NCBI GenBank assembly: GCA_964016885.1
Contig: OZ024744.1
Span: forward strand, 63,302,001-63,366,000
DNA length: 64,000 nucleotides
Direction of reading: 5' to 3'
Source of the DNA: Eledone cirrhosa
Taxonomy: Eukaryota
Shown here: one piece after another, positions 10,901 to 23,569 of the stretch
How the letters are laid out: every line of letters begins with the position of its first letter
How positions within the stretch are numbered: the stretch's first letter is position 1
Program-made: the position numbers and the translations under genes
Notes under the pieces: generated by a model
Seen by the model: only the letters and a program-made list of their open reading frames with translations
The model's database searches: none
Told to the model about the DNA's origin: nothing

Positions 10901-11290
10901 ACGTCACTGTTAGTGACTCTTTTGCTCTTTCCCACATCCTGGTTGCTGCGGTTAGGACGAGAGCCACAGCTTCTGCTGCCGATCGGAGTAAGACCCTCAA
11001 ATACTCTGTCGGCCAGCTACATTTTTCAGCCTGTGGCTTTCGAAACGTTTGGGGGAGTCGGACCGCTGACTGCGAGGTTCCTTTCCTCACTGTCGGCTCG
11101 CCTAATAGAGGTGACTGGCGAATCTCGCGAGGGTGCTTGGCTGTTTCAGTGCATCAGCCTCGCCATCACCCGAGGCAACGCTGCGAGTGTGCAGGCTTGC
11201 CTCAAGAATCATTAGAGAGGTTGCCCAGTACTCGCGACGTTGCTGTCTTTTGCTCCATTGTTCACCCCTTCCTTTACATTTTCTTTAATA
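7925..11290 (+). mobile_element. CRE-clade (RLE-type) non-LTR retrotransposon, near full length, frameshifted
   Basis: RT motifs GIDGLRPQHLKD, RSIAIGCTLRRL, QLGVG, EAAVHAAR, GVQQGDPLG..LF, WYLDD. Zinc knuckle CQCG...HGLSC...RH. Restriction-like endonuclease KPDGLTL.PW..G..LVWDVTV.D...K..KY...PVAFETFG. Split over ORFs 8588-11215; both ends approximate. Confidence 0.88.
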
Positions 11291-11299
11291 TTGTAATAC

Positions 11300-12950
11300 C
11301 GAAGCATTTGTAATGTTATTTATGTATATATTTAAAACATATTTGTTATGTTATTCTACTGTAAATTTATTTATATGCTCTGTTTATATTTTCATTCTTT
11401 TTCTATTAAACTGTATTTCAAAATCCTGTAATTATATGATATTAACTAATTGTTTTGGGAAGTTTTCCACCTCATGAATGCACCTCGAAATATCAAGTGA
11501 AGTTTTTTGAAGAATCGAAAACAGAATTTCTGACTCACACAATATGGTTTCCAAAACTACTAACAGAAATCTAAATTGAAAATCTTCTAGGATTGCAACA
11601 AATCCTCTTGCCTGTGCTAATTCTGAAGCATTCCAATCCTCTGGATTTTCTAATATTGTTGAAAATAGCTCAGAAAACAAAGTAATTTTATTGGATAAAA
11701 TAGATACCTGTCGAGATGAATAATTCCAACGTGTCTCAGGTAATTTTGGAAATCACCTTCCAACGATTTCATCCAATAGAGCTATTCGAGTTGTTGATTT
11801 AGAAAAAAAAGATGAAATTCCTTTTAAAGTTTGAAAGAAAATTCGACATTCATGAATACTTGAAACTGATTGAGATAGTACCAAATTAAGTGAATGTGCA
11901 TAACATTGAACAAAGATGACGTTTGCACCAAAAATCTCCTTTATTCTTGCTTGCACTCCGTTCAAATGCCCAGCCATCACACTCGCTGCATCATAAGTTT
12001 GTGCAATGAATTTTTTACCACAATTGAATTCATTAACGAATTTTCGAACTTCTTCTGTCAGCGATGCAGCTCTTATATCTTTACTAACATCGACGTATCT
12101 CCAAAACCTTTCTTGAGGCTGTTCTTTCTCATCTACAAATCGCAAAACGAGTGATAATTGAGATTTCATTCGACAATCCGTCGTCTCATCAAACATAACA
12201 GCAACAAAGGATGTTTTTTTGATCATTGCTTTAATTTCACATTTAATTGTAGCAGCTATACAATTAATGATCTCGTTTTGAATATCACTTGAAAGTCCAG
12301 AAAATATACAGTTAGCATTTTATTTCATGAAATCTAAATGCGATCTTAAACAATCATCGTATTCCGCTACTGCTTCACATATAGCCAAAAAATTACCCTT
12401 GGTGTTTGAGTTTTCTGTTTCATCCTGTCCTTGAATTGATAATTCTTGACAGGCCAAAATTTCAACACAATGAATTAACCTTTTCAATACATCACGATTT
12501 TTCTCAACAGTTCTATTATGCAACTGAATCGAAGCTGCTTTCCAGTAATCGATCTCTGTATCAATTCAATGTCGCCCTAAGGTTTTCAGAGCAATTACGG
12601 AACTCAAGTCGTTCTGAGATTTTTTGTGTCTTGTCAAAACTGTAATCAAATTGTTCAAATCGCAGTAATCGGTGGTTGTCCATGCATTACTATGGTGACA
12701 AAACAACAGACATGGGAAACAGAACAATTTGTTCAGAATGGGACATCCCGTCATCCACTCATATTATTCATAATATTTGGAATCAAAATAACGATAACAT
12801 TCCTTGCCGCTCACTTTCGTCTTTGTCTTAATTTCAAGCTTAGGTTTCTCTCTTCCAAGAATGATAATATTCTTTCTCTCTTCAAAGCGTCTTGATGCAA
12901 AACATCAAGAAAGTAGAGAAGAAACTGAACTAATTGACTCTTTTGCCATC
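11300..12950 (-). pseudogene. Degenerate hAT transposase (ZMYM1-like/DUF4371 type), C-terminal part missing
   Basis: Ordered fragments: LFCFPCLLF; NRDVLKRLI..LACQELS..G.DE..GNF; SSDIQNEII; FDETTD..KSQLSLVLRFVD..ERF; QTYDAASVMAG..GVQ; CYAHSLNLVL; TRWN. Several stops and frameshifts. Confidence 0.9.
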
Positions 12951-13404
12951 ATGTGGATGTGGAAAATGTAATTTTTTTTGTAACTTTTTGCGTAACGCAT
13001 GCACGCCCCTCTAAATGACCTTTCCAGTCAAAACCGCATGTAGTGTTATCTAGTGTGTGTGTGTTATCTTTTTATGTATCTACGATTTAGTAAGCAGTCA
13101 AAATTCTGCTTGCCTCAAAGCTGTCGTGTGATTGTCTGTATGTGTGTGTGTGTGTGTTATCTTTTTTGTGTCTATACGTTTCAGTAAGCAGCCAAAATTC
13201 TGCTTGCCCCAAAGCTGTCGTGTGTTTGTGTGTGTGTTATCTTTTTTTGTGTCTATAGTTTTAGTAAGCAATTGATCAACTCAAGATTCTATAACGCATG
13301 CACTGCATGCATTGCATGCACGGACCCTTCGCCCCTGATATGTATGTGTGTATGGGTGTGTGTGTGTGTGTATGTGTGTGTGTACGCGCACGCATAAACA
13401 AAAA

Positions 13405-13990
13405 TAGGCTTTATAGTGTTTATATTTATCTAAATCCTCCTTCATCATTTTATATAAGAACCTTTGTTAAGTCATGTTCCAAACACCAACTTGATATTTG
13501 AGAAATTTAGTTATATTTACTCAACTCCTTCAATTATTTTCAAAATTGTTTAAAAATCATAGGCAGTTTCTTTCAATAGAAATATAGTAACAAGTGTTTA
13601 TATATATTTAAAAGCCGTCCATCATAATTTTATGTAAGAACCTTTGTTATGTTATGTTCCAAACATCAACTTAATAATGAGAAAGTTAGTTATATTACTA
13701 AACCATTCTAAATTCTTCTTCTTCTTCTCCGCCCATTTATTCATGAGGGTTGTGAGGGAAGTGTCCTCAAACACTCCTTCCAGCGGGTCTTGTCAAAAGG
13801 AACCATCTCCAACTGATCTAGCTGGATCCCCAAGCAAGACCAGCCAATCTCATGGATGTTATCCAACCATCTTACTTGGGGTCTACCTCAGGGTTTCCTG
13901 TTGCTTGGATTTGCCCTGCTTGATTATTTTCAATAGTTGAAAACCATAGGCAGCATGTTTCAATAGAAATATGGTCACGAAATGGTAAAA
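13405..13990 (+). repeat. Tandem pair of a ~190-bp dispersed repeat, second copy interrupted by a GAA-tailed RTE 3' fragment (13712-13918, minus)
   Basis: ATTTTATRTAAGAACCTTTGTTA..ATGTTCCAAACAYCAACTT occurs twice; the same family is at 45270-45460 and 63296-63730. The insert is homologous to 2400-2590. Confidence 0.75.
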
Positions 13991-14562
13991 ACATAAAAGA
14001 TAAAATATGGTAAAAATATAAAAGAATTAAAAGGAGGAAATATATTTATATGATTAAATATAATTTTAGAAAATAAGTATTTTACTAATTTATGTTTACT
14101 TTTTACATTCATAAAAATTGTGGGTGTTAGGTTAAGTTATGTCTTATAGAAACAATTATAGTTGTTTCTCTATTACACAGATATTTCACATGAAGATATA
14201 AAATCAAAATGAAAGAATATGTTAAGTCAACACTAAGTGTGTCACTCGATCACATATCACAAGGAATACTGGACTGTCCCTCCAATACTTTCTAAGGCAA
14301 GCCAATACACTAGCACATTACAACACAAGGTGAGCAATTCAAAGGAGAGGAGGAAAGTTGATTTAACTGACCCCCACTGCGTTACTGGTTCTTTATTTTA
14401 TCAACCCTGTAAGAATTAAAGACAAAGCTAACTTCAGCAGGATTTGAAATCAGAATGTAAACTATATGCCACAACATGTGTTGCAAATCCACTGCTCTTT
14501 TACCATTATAATAAGCAATGGTCCTAATGCAGTGTGATAAATGTAATAAAGGTATATGGCAT

Positions 14563-14835
14563 TGTTATCTCCTTATGGATAAACGAATACACTGCAACAG
14601 TGTAATAACAATATAACACAAACAAACAGCAATAACCACACGTAACGGAACAACAATCTTTTAAGAACCAACAATCCAGCATGCTAACTTGCACTGTGAA
14701 CTTGAACTCCAACTTTGACTATCAACATACGAACTGTGGAACTAGTACCAACTTGCCCACTTACTCAGGCCACTACTATTTATATGTAGTGGTCCGACTC
14801 ATTCTCGCCAGAGGGCGTCATACTGTCGCACAACA
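14563..14835 (-). mobile_element. Solo LTR (273 bp) with 5-bp TSD
   Basis: Termini TGTT...AACA, flanked by GGCAT at 14558-14562 and 14836-14840. Minus-strand TATA-like CATATAAATA at ~14777-14786. Confidence 0.7.
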
Positions 14836-14844
14836 GGCATATAT

Positions 14845-14912
14845 AATAATGATAATATTTATGAAATTATTGTGTACAGTGCTCAGGTGCACTACAACTC
14901 ATCAAAAGGGCA
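14845..14912 (-). mobile_element. Short 3'-terminal fragment of the CR1/L2 family at 4090-7220
   Basis: ATGAAATTATTGTGTACAGTGCTCAGGTGCACTACAACTCATCAAA is identical to ~4114-4159. Confidence 0.85.
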
Positions 14913-14913
14913 A

Positions 14914-15900
14914 GATGCTCAGGTGCAATAAGTAGCAAGTGCTCACAGGATACTAGCTCCTTCAACAGCCCAGTTGATTTTATAAAAATAGTAGACACTT
15001 TCTGTTACCTGGGTGACAAAATCAGCAGTGGTGGAGGATGCTCTGACAGCACAGTAGCCAGATTTAGAACAGGATGAAAAAGTTCAGAGAGCTTATACCA
15101 CTATTGGCCACTAAAGGTTTCTCCCTAAAAATGAAAGGCAGATTGTATGAAGCTTATATACAAACAGCAATGTTACATGGGCATTGTGTGCAGAGGACCT
15201 GCGCAGATTGGAAAGGAACGAAGCATGCATGCTCCGTTGGATGTGTAATAGTAATATACATAAACAAACTAAGTGAAAAATTAGGTACAAGAGGGATCAG
15301 ATCCTGTTTACTTGAGAGAAGATTATGCTGGTATGGTCACGTGATATGCATGAAAGACAACAGCTGTATAAAAAAGTACAGGGTGATCAAAATTGATGGA
15401 TGTTATGGAGTAGGTAGACCCAGAAAAACCTGGGATGACATGATAAAATCTGACCTTGCACACTTACACCTATCTAAGACAATGTCACTGGATTGAAGCC
15501 TTTGGCACTATGCAGTAATACAGAAGACCCGCCTTCCCTTATGTATGAAGTTAAACCTAGTCAGTAGGCACCTCTTAACTAAATATAAACCCCACCACAC
15601 TACCCCTACTCCAACTTCCCACTCCCACCAACACCACCCTTTCTCTGTAAAGTTATGTTGGTACCACAGAATATCCAGTCCACACTTTAAAGTGGTTGGA
15701 TAGGTGTATCACGACAAAAAGGACCCTGTCCACTGTAAAGTGGTCGTGTAGGAGACACGGTAAAAAGGCTCCCAGTCCACACTGTAAATGTGGTTGGTGT
15801 TAGGAAGCGCATCTAGCCATAGAACGCCTGCCAGATAGTCCTATATGAGCGAGACGCGGTCACCCGATCAATGTGCCTTCAAAGGTATATGTAGACCCAC
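14914..15900 (+). mobile_element. RTE LINE 3' fragment (degenerate)
   Basis: KKFRELIPLL...GRLYEA...RRLCWYGHV...GRPRKTWDD, colinear with 18520-19450; the 3' UTR has ~3 degenerate 48-mers. Confidence 0.9.
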
Positions 15901-16356
15901 CATAAACAACATATTTGTATATAACAAACATATTAGCCTCGCAATGTGAATTTTAAACTGTGATCATATCACAGTGTCACTAGTATACAACACTAACACA
16001 ATGTGAGTCAGAATATAGACCCATATACAATGTCTTATGTCTAATAAACATATATATATATATATATAGCCTTGTTGTGAGTATCTTAAGCTTCAATCAT
16101 ATCATTGCTACCTTCGTTAACAGTGAGTGATGCTTGTTGCAGGAATGCAATGACCTTGCCTTGGACTATAACAATTTTTCCCTTTCTGATTGAAGTGCAA
16201 TAACTTTTTGCATAATGCATGCGCTTGAGCATGCATTATGCAGTCAGCGCATGTAGACGATTATTGCAAAGAAACATATGTTAAAGAATATACTCTCAAT
16301 AAATTTCTCCTTCTGACCAATTCTTCTTCCTAGTTATTCCTGATACCATACTTATA

Positions 16357-16520
16357 TCTACTATATAAATGGCAATTTCTGTCTGTCTGTGTGTAACTAG
16401 TTGCTGTCTAAACCAGTGATCCGATACTGATGAAACTTCACACACATATTAAGCTAATATTCAGAAACAGGTCTGGCTAATTGGATTTCAATAATGGAAC
16501 CCCTGGGGACATTAAACCCT
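16357..16520 (+). mobile_element. Possible Helitron-derived non-autonomous element 5' end
   Basis: A|TCTACTATATAAA, then TGTCTGTCTG and GATCCGATACTGATGAAACTT, resembling 5' ends of invertebrate non-autonomous Helitrons. No 3' CTRR hairpin was located. Confidence 0.4.
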
Positions 16521-17189
16521 CCCTTCCACTACTCTCTTCCTCCTTCCACAACTCAGTCCTTCAAAATAAGTTGTTGCCTCATTCTGTAGAGAAAGAGAGA
16601 GAGAGGGGATGAGAGAGAGGAGATAAGAGAAAAAGAGCCAAAGAAAGAGAGAGGGGGATTAGGGAAGAGAGAGAAAGAAAGCAGAAAAAAGATAGCATAG
16701 TTCGATAACTGACTATAATTTATTTATTTTTTAAATGCTTCTTAACTAACTCCTTTCTTAAGCTTACTTCTCTTTCTCTCTCTATCTCTTTCACAAAAGT
16801 TGTAATGAGACTGTGTGTGTATGTGATAGTGTCTGTGTGCACGCGTGCATATGTGTGTCTCAGTGTTCTTAAATTAGAGACAAGTGTGTGTGTGTGTTTA
16901 TCACCGTACTTAAGTTAGTGACTTATATACCTCTGTCTCATGTATATATATATATATGAAGCAAAAAAGAAAGGTTGTATGTGACACCTCGATCTACTAG
17001 AAATATTAGCAACATCCATTTCAAATCACAGCGAAAAGTCTTACACACATGCATGTGTGTATGTATGTTATGGAAGCCACTATAACTGTTGGTGTACCTA
17101 AAAGAAATAGAAAACAAATCTCCCTCAAATAAGGTCCTACTGCCATAGAGGTAAAAGTTGGTGAAAGCTACAGTGTAAACATTTTAATT

Positions 17190-17520
17190 AACCCAGGCTC
17201 TGCCGCACTTTGGGCCAAGGAGCATGAACTCTCCAAATATCAGTCATTCTCTGACAGGTTTGTTGTTGAGCCCATAGCAATGGAAACTTCTGGTGTCCTT
17301 GGCCCTAGGGCTACCTCCCAACTCACCACCATCGGCACAGAGTTGGCTACCCGTTGGGGTGAGCCTCGCAAGCCGGAATGGATTTTCCAGTGCGTCTCCC
17401 TCACCATCCTCTATTCTGACCACCGGGGCTGCTGGGCGACCAGCGCGTGGGACCCATTTGCTCATAATAGTCAGTGATGGGGAGATTGGGAGAGATGGAG
17501 GCAGTGGCAGTGGGAGTTTG
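17190..17520 (+). mobile_element. CRE-clade retrotransposon 3' fragment (RLE C-terminus), distinct subfamily
   Basis: PGSAALWAKEHELSKYQSFSDRFVVEPIAMETSGVLGP...GEPRKPEWIFQCVSLTI aligns with the 10960-11200 protein; GC-rich island. Confidence 0.8.
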
Positions 17521-17818
17521 GTTCCTGGTATATATGTATATATTTACCACACTTATACACATTTAAATAATCTTTCCTGAATTACAGAAATGAATAAGTA
17601 AATTCTTCATTCATTCATAAACCAATGGTAAACTTATTTTATTATTTTATTTATACTTTTTAAAATAGCCTCCACATTTTGTCTGAATTTCAGAGGTTCT
17701 GATTGTGCAAAAAAAAAAAAAAAGGATAAATAAAATCTAAATTTATTTTTTCGGTCATGCCCTTTTCACTGACAACATACCTAATGATTCTTCCAAGTGC
17801 GAAGCATTATATATGCTG

Positions 17819-19566
17819 CAGAGAGCGAATTGATCTAGATGAAATGCAGTTCGGGTTTGTGTCAGGTAAAAGTACCACAGACGCTCTTTTCATTGTACGA
17901 CAACTACAGGAGAAGTACCTAGCTAAAAGTAAACCCCTATACTTAGCTTTTGTAGACCTGGAGAAAGCCTTTGATAGAGTCTCCCGCTCCATTATCTGGT
18001 GGGCCCTTAGAAAACTAGGTGTTGATGAATGGCTTGTGAGAGCTATACAAGCCATGTATAAAGAAACAGTCAGCAAGGTTAGAGTTAACAACGAATATAG
18101 TGAAGAATTTAGTGTAAAAGTTGGTGTTCATCAGGGCCCCGTCCTTAGCCCCCTCCTATTTATTATCGGCCTCCAAGCTATAACGGAGGAGTTCAAGACT
18201 GACTGCCCATGGGAACTTCTATATGCAGATGATCTAACGCTCATAGCTGAATCAATGAACTAGAGAAGAAATTCCAAACATGGAAGCATGGCCTAGAATC
18301 AAAAGGCCTTAAAGTTAACCTGGCTAAGACTAAAGTCCTAATATGTAGGAAGGAGAATAGGACACCGGTCCCATCCGGGAAATGGCCATGCTCAGTGTGT
18401 AGGAAAGGAGTAGACAGAAACTCCATTTTATGTCCCAAATGCAAAGTATGGGTGCATAAAAGATGTAGTGGGATCACAGGTAAGCTAACTAAGAATATAG
18501 ATTTTATATGTGGCCGGTGCTCTGGTGCAATAAGTAGCAGCAAGTGCCCACAGAATACTAGCTCATTCCATTGCACAGATGGTTCTATAGAAATAGTGGA
18601 CACCTTCCGTTACCTGGGCGACAAAATCAGCAGTGGGGGAGGGTGTTCTGAAAGTACTGTAGCTAGAGTCAGAACGGGATGGAAAAAGTTCAGAGAGCTT
18701 ATACCACTATTGCCCGCTAAAGGTTTCTCTCTAAAAATTAAAAGACAGGCTGTATGATGCCTGCATACGAACAGCGATGTTACATGGCAGTGAGACATGG
18801 GCATTGTGTGCAGAGGATCTACGCAGACTGGCTGGAGAGGAACGAAGCTTGCATGCCCCGTTGGATGTGTAATAGTAATATACACAAACGGCAAAGCATA
18901 AATGAACTAAGTGAGAAATTAGGAATAAGAGGGATCAGATGCTGTTTACTCGAGAGAAGACTACGTTGGTATGGTCATGTGATGCGCATGAAAGATGACA
19001 ACTGTATAAAAAAGTGCAGGGCGATCAAAATAGACGGTAGCTATGGAGTAGGCAGACCCAGAAAAACTTGGGACGACTTGACAAAATCCGACCTCACACA
19101 CTTACACCTCTCCAAGACAATGTCACTGGACCGAGATCTTTGGCGCTACGTAGTAATACAGAAGACCCGCCTTGCTTAAGTACAAAGTGAAACCTACAGT
19201 CAGTAGGCACCTCTTAACCAAAATACACCCCCGTCCCACTAACCCTACCCCCACCGCCATCTACACCACCCCTTTCGATGTAAAGCTATGTTGGTACCAC
19301 AACATCCAGTCCTAAATAAATGAGGTCGTGTAGGTGTCACGACAAAAAAACACACAGTCCACGCTGTAATGTGGCCGTGTAGGTAACATGGTAAAAACCT
19401 CCCAGTCCACACTGTAAACGTGGTTGGTGTTAGGGCATCCAGCCGTAGAAAACCCGCCAGACAGTCCTGAGCAAGACAACCAATCTTGCCTCAAGTGGGA
19501 CAATTCCTGTCCAGACCCATGCTAGCGTGGAAAATGGACATTAAACGATGATGATGATGATGATGA
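17819..19566 (+). mobile_element. 5'-truncated RTE LINE: RT with inserted PHD-like finger, 3' UTR, (GAT)n tail
   Basis: [55 protein letters not shown]; a few frameshifts; tail at 19547-19566. Confidence 0.93.
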
Positions 19567-20484
19567 CTGTATTTTAAAAAATCAACACTGGACAAAACTA
19601 ATAATATTTTTATCTACATGATTTGCTTTAAACAAACGGCAATAAATATTCTGCTATAATTCCTACTTTAGTTCAAATTCAGCAATCATATTTCAATGGT
19701 CAAATATTGTAACTTTGATAAAACATCTGGGAATCACCGGGTAGCTCAGCTAGTATATACATATTTGTATGTATGCAAAAGACAAACAGAAATAAAAAAA
19801 GCAAACAATACCATACAATGAAGAAATATATTATTAGTTTTATGCTTGATATAATAGGAAAAAAGTCTTAACGTTTCGGATGCTAGTCCTTCATTAGAAA
19901 ATAGAATGAGAACTTAAAGAAATAGAAAGATTGAGGAGACTGGGCAGTGGCATATAGAACTAACATAGTGTGAGTCAGAATAAAGGTATTCATAGATACA
20001 CATACAATATGTTTGTGTATAATAAACATATGTATAGCCTTGTGAGTATTTTAAGCTTTAATCATATCTTAGCTACCTTCATATATCCTCATCATCATCA
20101 CACACACACACACACACACATATACAATGATGATGACGATGATGATGATGATATATATATTGTACTAACACAATGTGAGTCAGAAGAAAGGTATACACAG
20201 ACCTAATATACAATACATTTTATATACAATAAACATGATAAAAGAATGAAAGAATACATCTAGTCTTGCATGAAGTATTTTAAACTGTGATTATTTTACT
20301 GAAATTATTTTATTGTTAAAAATCTTAGTATTTTACCCCCCCCCCCCCCCCCAAAAAAAATATATATAATTTATAATTTAATTTAATATAAAACATAAGC
20401 GCGAATGATTTATAATTAGAATAATAAATAATAAATAAAACAGTAGTTGTTATAATTCCATTAAATTTAGTGCTTACATACTAA

Positions 20485-20700
20485 TTAACCCTTTAGCATT
20501 TATATTACTCTATATTTATTATTATATTTTCACAGTAAAGGCTTTACCTCACATAATATCGAATCTATGAGATTTTGATATTATTTATTTTGAGAATAAT
20601 ACCTTAATATCAGTATGAGAGGCTAATTACGGCTGGTTTGAACAGAAAGAGGTGAGAGAATTCTGGTCGGATACAGCTGGTTTAAATGTTAAAGGGTTAA
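20485..20700. mobile_element. piggyBac-like MITE (TTAA TSD, CCCTTTAGCATTTA TIR)
   Basis: TTAA-CCCTTTAGCATTTA...TAAATGTTAAAGGG-TTAA. Further copies at ~24645-24975, ~42108-42501, ~45486-45690 and 58239-59165. Confidence 0.8.
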
Positions 20701-20919
20701 AGGTGGCTGGTTGGCTGGTTGGCTGGTTGGTTGGCAAAGTCATCAGAGTATTGGACAGAATTGTTCTGGCTCTCTGCACTCCAAGTTCAAAGCCCTGTCT
20801 TGCTGAGGTCAACTTTGCTTTTCATTACTTTGGAGTAAATAAAGAAAGTCCAGTGCTGGTGCAGTCCCTACTCTCTGCAGCTGTCACATCTTGAATTTTC
20901 TGTTGGATCAAGGGTTGCA

Positions 20920-22385
20920 TGGTTGAAAGAGGTACTCTGTGTGTAGAGGACCTATGAAGATTGAAAAGATATGAAGCAAGTATTCTCCAATGGATGTGTA
21001 TTAGTAGTATACATGAACAGCAAAACACCAAGGAACTGAGAGAAACTGGGTATAAGTGGTATCAGATGCAGTCATCATCATTATCATTGTTTAACGTCTA
21101 TTTTTCCTTGCTTGTATGGGTTAGACAGGTCGTCCATGTTGTGAGATAAGTTTGGCGACACTGTACCTTGCTCAAACAGAACTGCATTTTGGCTGGGAAT
21201 TTTTACAGCTGGATGCCCTTCCTAACACCAACCACGTTTACATTGTGTACGAGAAGTGACTGTGGTGGTATTTGGGGGATGGTAGTATATGGGGGATGGT
21301 AGCTATATAAATAGGTGCAGGGCTCTTGAAGTTGTCGGAAACTATGGAAGAGGAAGACCTAGGAAATCTTGGGATGATTTAGTAAAATCTGACTTCACAC
21401 AAGGAAAACTTTCAGAGAAGATAATGCAGGATTGAGTTCTCTGGTGGTGTGCCATACTGTAGAAAACTCACCTTCTCACACGTGCAGGATGAAACAAGCA
21501 TGGAGAGGACAGTCTATATCAAAGTCTCTCATACACCTCCCCAACTTAATTCTCACACATCCTCTAAGTACCCTAGCTTAGACCTCAGCCACTCACTTCA
21601 TCCATTCCCATCATTCCTTGCACATTCACTAACAACACTATCAACAATTCCCTCCATCATAGAAAGACAGCTCTCCTCCTCCTTGCAGCATGGAAGGGTA
21701 ACCTCCACCAATTTACAAAGATCCCATGCCAAAAGGAAGGTCAGACATGCAACACAATGCGTGGTGAAAACAAGAATGGAATGTATGAACTAGACATGGT
21801 CTCCTGTGTGTCTGTGTGTGCGACAACCTGTTTGGTATGGGAGAAACCAAATGTCTAAGGACTATGTCAATGTACTCCCTTCCCTCTTCTACACCCCATT
21901 ACAAAAAAACACCCAGTTGGTATTATGAAGGGCATCCAGACCTGTATGAACAAGACATGGCTTGCCTCATAAAATTACAACTACATGCAGATATGGAAAA
22001 TAGACATTAAACACTGATGATGATGATGATGAGATATCATCATAATCATCATCACCATCATCATCATCATAATTTTATTTCCGTTTTTTCATGCTTACAT
22101 GTGTTGGAGAAGTCTTCCCCAGTACAACCTCTCTGCATTTATTGCATTCATTCATTATATCCTCTGTGTAGTTCATTCATTATATCCTCTGTGTAGTTCA
22201 TTCATTATATCCTCTGCGCAGTTCAGCATATTGAGATCTTCTAACCACTTTTGTCCAGGTTTTCCTTGGTCTTCCTCGACTGCAGCTTCCTTCCAATGGT
22301 ACTTTTTCACCATGCATATATCATCTGTATACATCACATGTCCATACTCGAGCAGTATTCTTTTTTGCACACTACATCTGTTTCC
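20920..22385. mobile_element. Cluster of old RTE fragments in both orientations
   Basis: RYEASILQWMC (20960), GRGRPRKSWDDLVKSD (21345), 3'-end motifs with (GAT)n/(CAT)n tails, and a minus-strand LLEYGHVM fragment (22173-22370). Confidence 0.65.
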
Positions 22386-22389
22386 TCTT

Positions 22390-23300
22390 CATCATCATCG
22401 TTTAACGTCTATTTTCCACGCTAGCATTGGTTAGACAGGTTGTCCCATTAGAGGCAAGTTGGGTCAGGTGACCGTGTCTAGCTCATATAGGACTGTTTCT
22501 CACTATATTTCTATGACTGGATGTCCATCCTAATGCCAACCACATTTACAGTGCGTGCTGGGTGCTTTTTGTTGTGACACCTACACAACCACTTTACAGT
22601 GTGTGCTGGGTGCTTGTTGTTGTGACACCTACACGACCACTTTACAGTGTGTGCTGGGTGCTTGTTGTTGTGACACCTACATGACCACTTTACAGTGTGT
22701 GCTAGATGATTGTTGTTGTGACACCTACACGACCACTTTACAGTGTGTGCTGGGTGCTTGTTGTTGTGACACCTACATGACCACTTTACAGTGTGGGCTG
22801 GGTGCTTTTTGTTGTGACACCTACATGACCACTTTACAGTGTGGGCTGGGTGCTTTTTGTTGTGACACCTACACGACCACTTTACAGTGTGTGGTGGGTG
22901 CTTGTTGTTGTGACACCTACACGACCACTTTACAGTGTGTGCTGGGTGCTTTTTGTTGTGACACCTACACGACCACTTTACAGTGTGGGCTGGGTGCTTG
23001 TTGTTGTGACACCTACACGACCACTTTACAGTGTGGGCTGGGTGCTTTTTGTTGTGACACCTACATGACCACTTTATAGTGTGCTGGGTGCTTGTTGTTG
23101 TGACACCTACACGACCACTTTACAGTGTGTGCTGGGTGCTTGTTGTTGTGACACCTACATGACCACTTTACAGTGTGGGCTGGGTGCTTGTTGTTGTGAC
23201 ACCTACATGACCACTTTACTGTGGACTGGGTGCTTTTTGCGATACCAACATAACTTTACAGTGCAAGGGTGATGTGGACAAAAGTGGGCGGGTGGGTGTA
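22390..23300 (-). mobile_element. RTE-family 3' end with expanded 48-bp VNTR (array 22540-23240, ~14.5 homogeneous copies)
   Basis: 22390-22550 is homologous to 835-1000. Unit ACCACTTTACAGTGTGTGCTGGGTGCTTGTTGTTGTGACACCTACACG. Confidence 0.9.
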
Positions 23301-23569
23301 GGGGTGTTATTGTTCTAGTTTTTTTCTCACTTCATCCATGCCCCATCATTCATGCACACTAACATTATACACATGTAACAGAGCATGCTCACTCAATTTC
23401 TCTCCAGCCTCTGTATATACTGTTCATGCCTTATTGCCAAGCACAGACAAAGAGAAAATTCCTTCGTTGTGAAATAAGAGAAAATAGTTTTAGAAATCAA
23501 ACAAAATTAAATCTAATCAATCTGTACTGATTTAAAAATTATTAGTGTATATTGAAACAAACTTGAAAT

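Larger units (their letters stand above)
7906..13337 (-). mobile_element. hAT DNA transposon bounded by TIRs and an 8-bp TSD, containing a nested CRE retrotransposon
   Basis: TIRs CAGTGGCGAAGGGT (7906-7919) and ACCCTTCGCCCCTG (13324-13337), 13/14 match. Identical ATATGTAT at 7898-7905 and 13338-13345. Three ~90-bp subterminal direct repeats at 13050-13275. Confidence 0.88.

Noticed and set aside
22140-22215. 25-bp x3 tandem (also short duplications at 3155-3195 and 55182-55262)
   Set aside because: Ordinary local slippage duplications.
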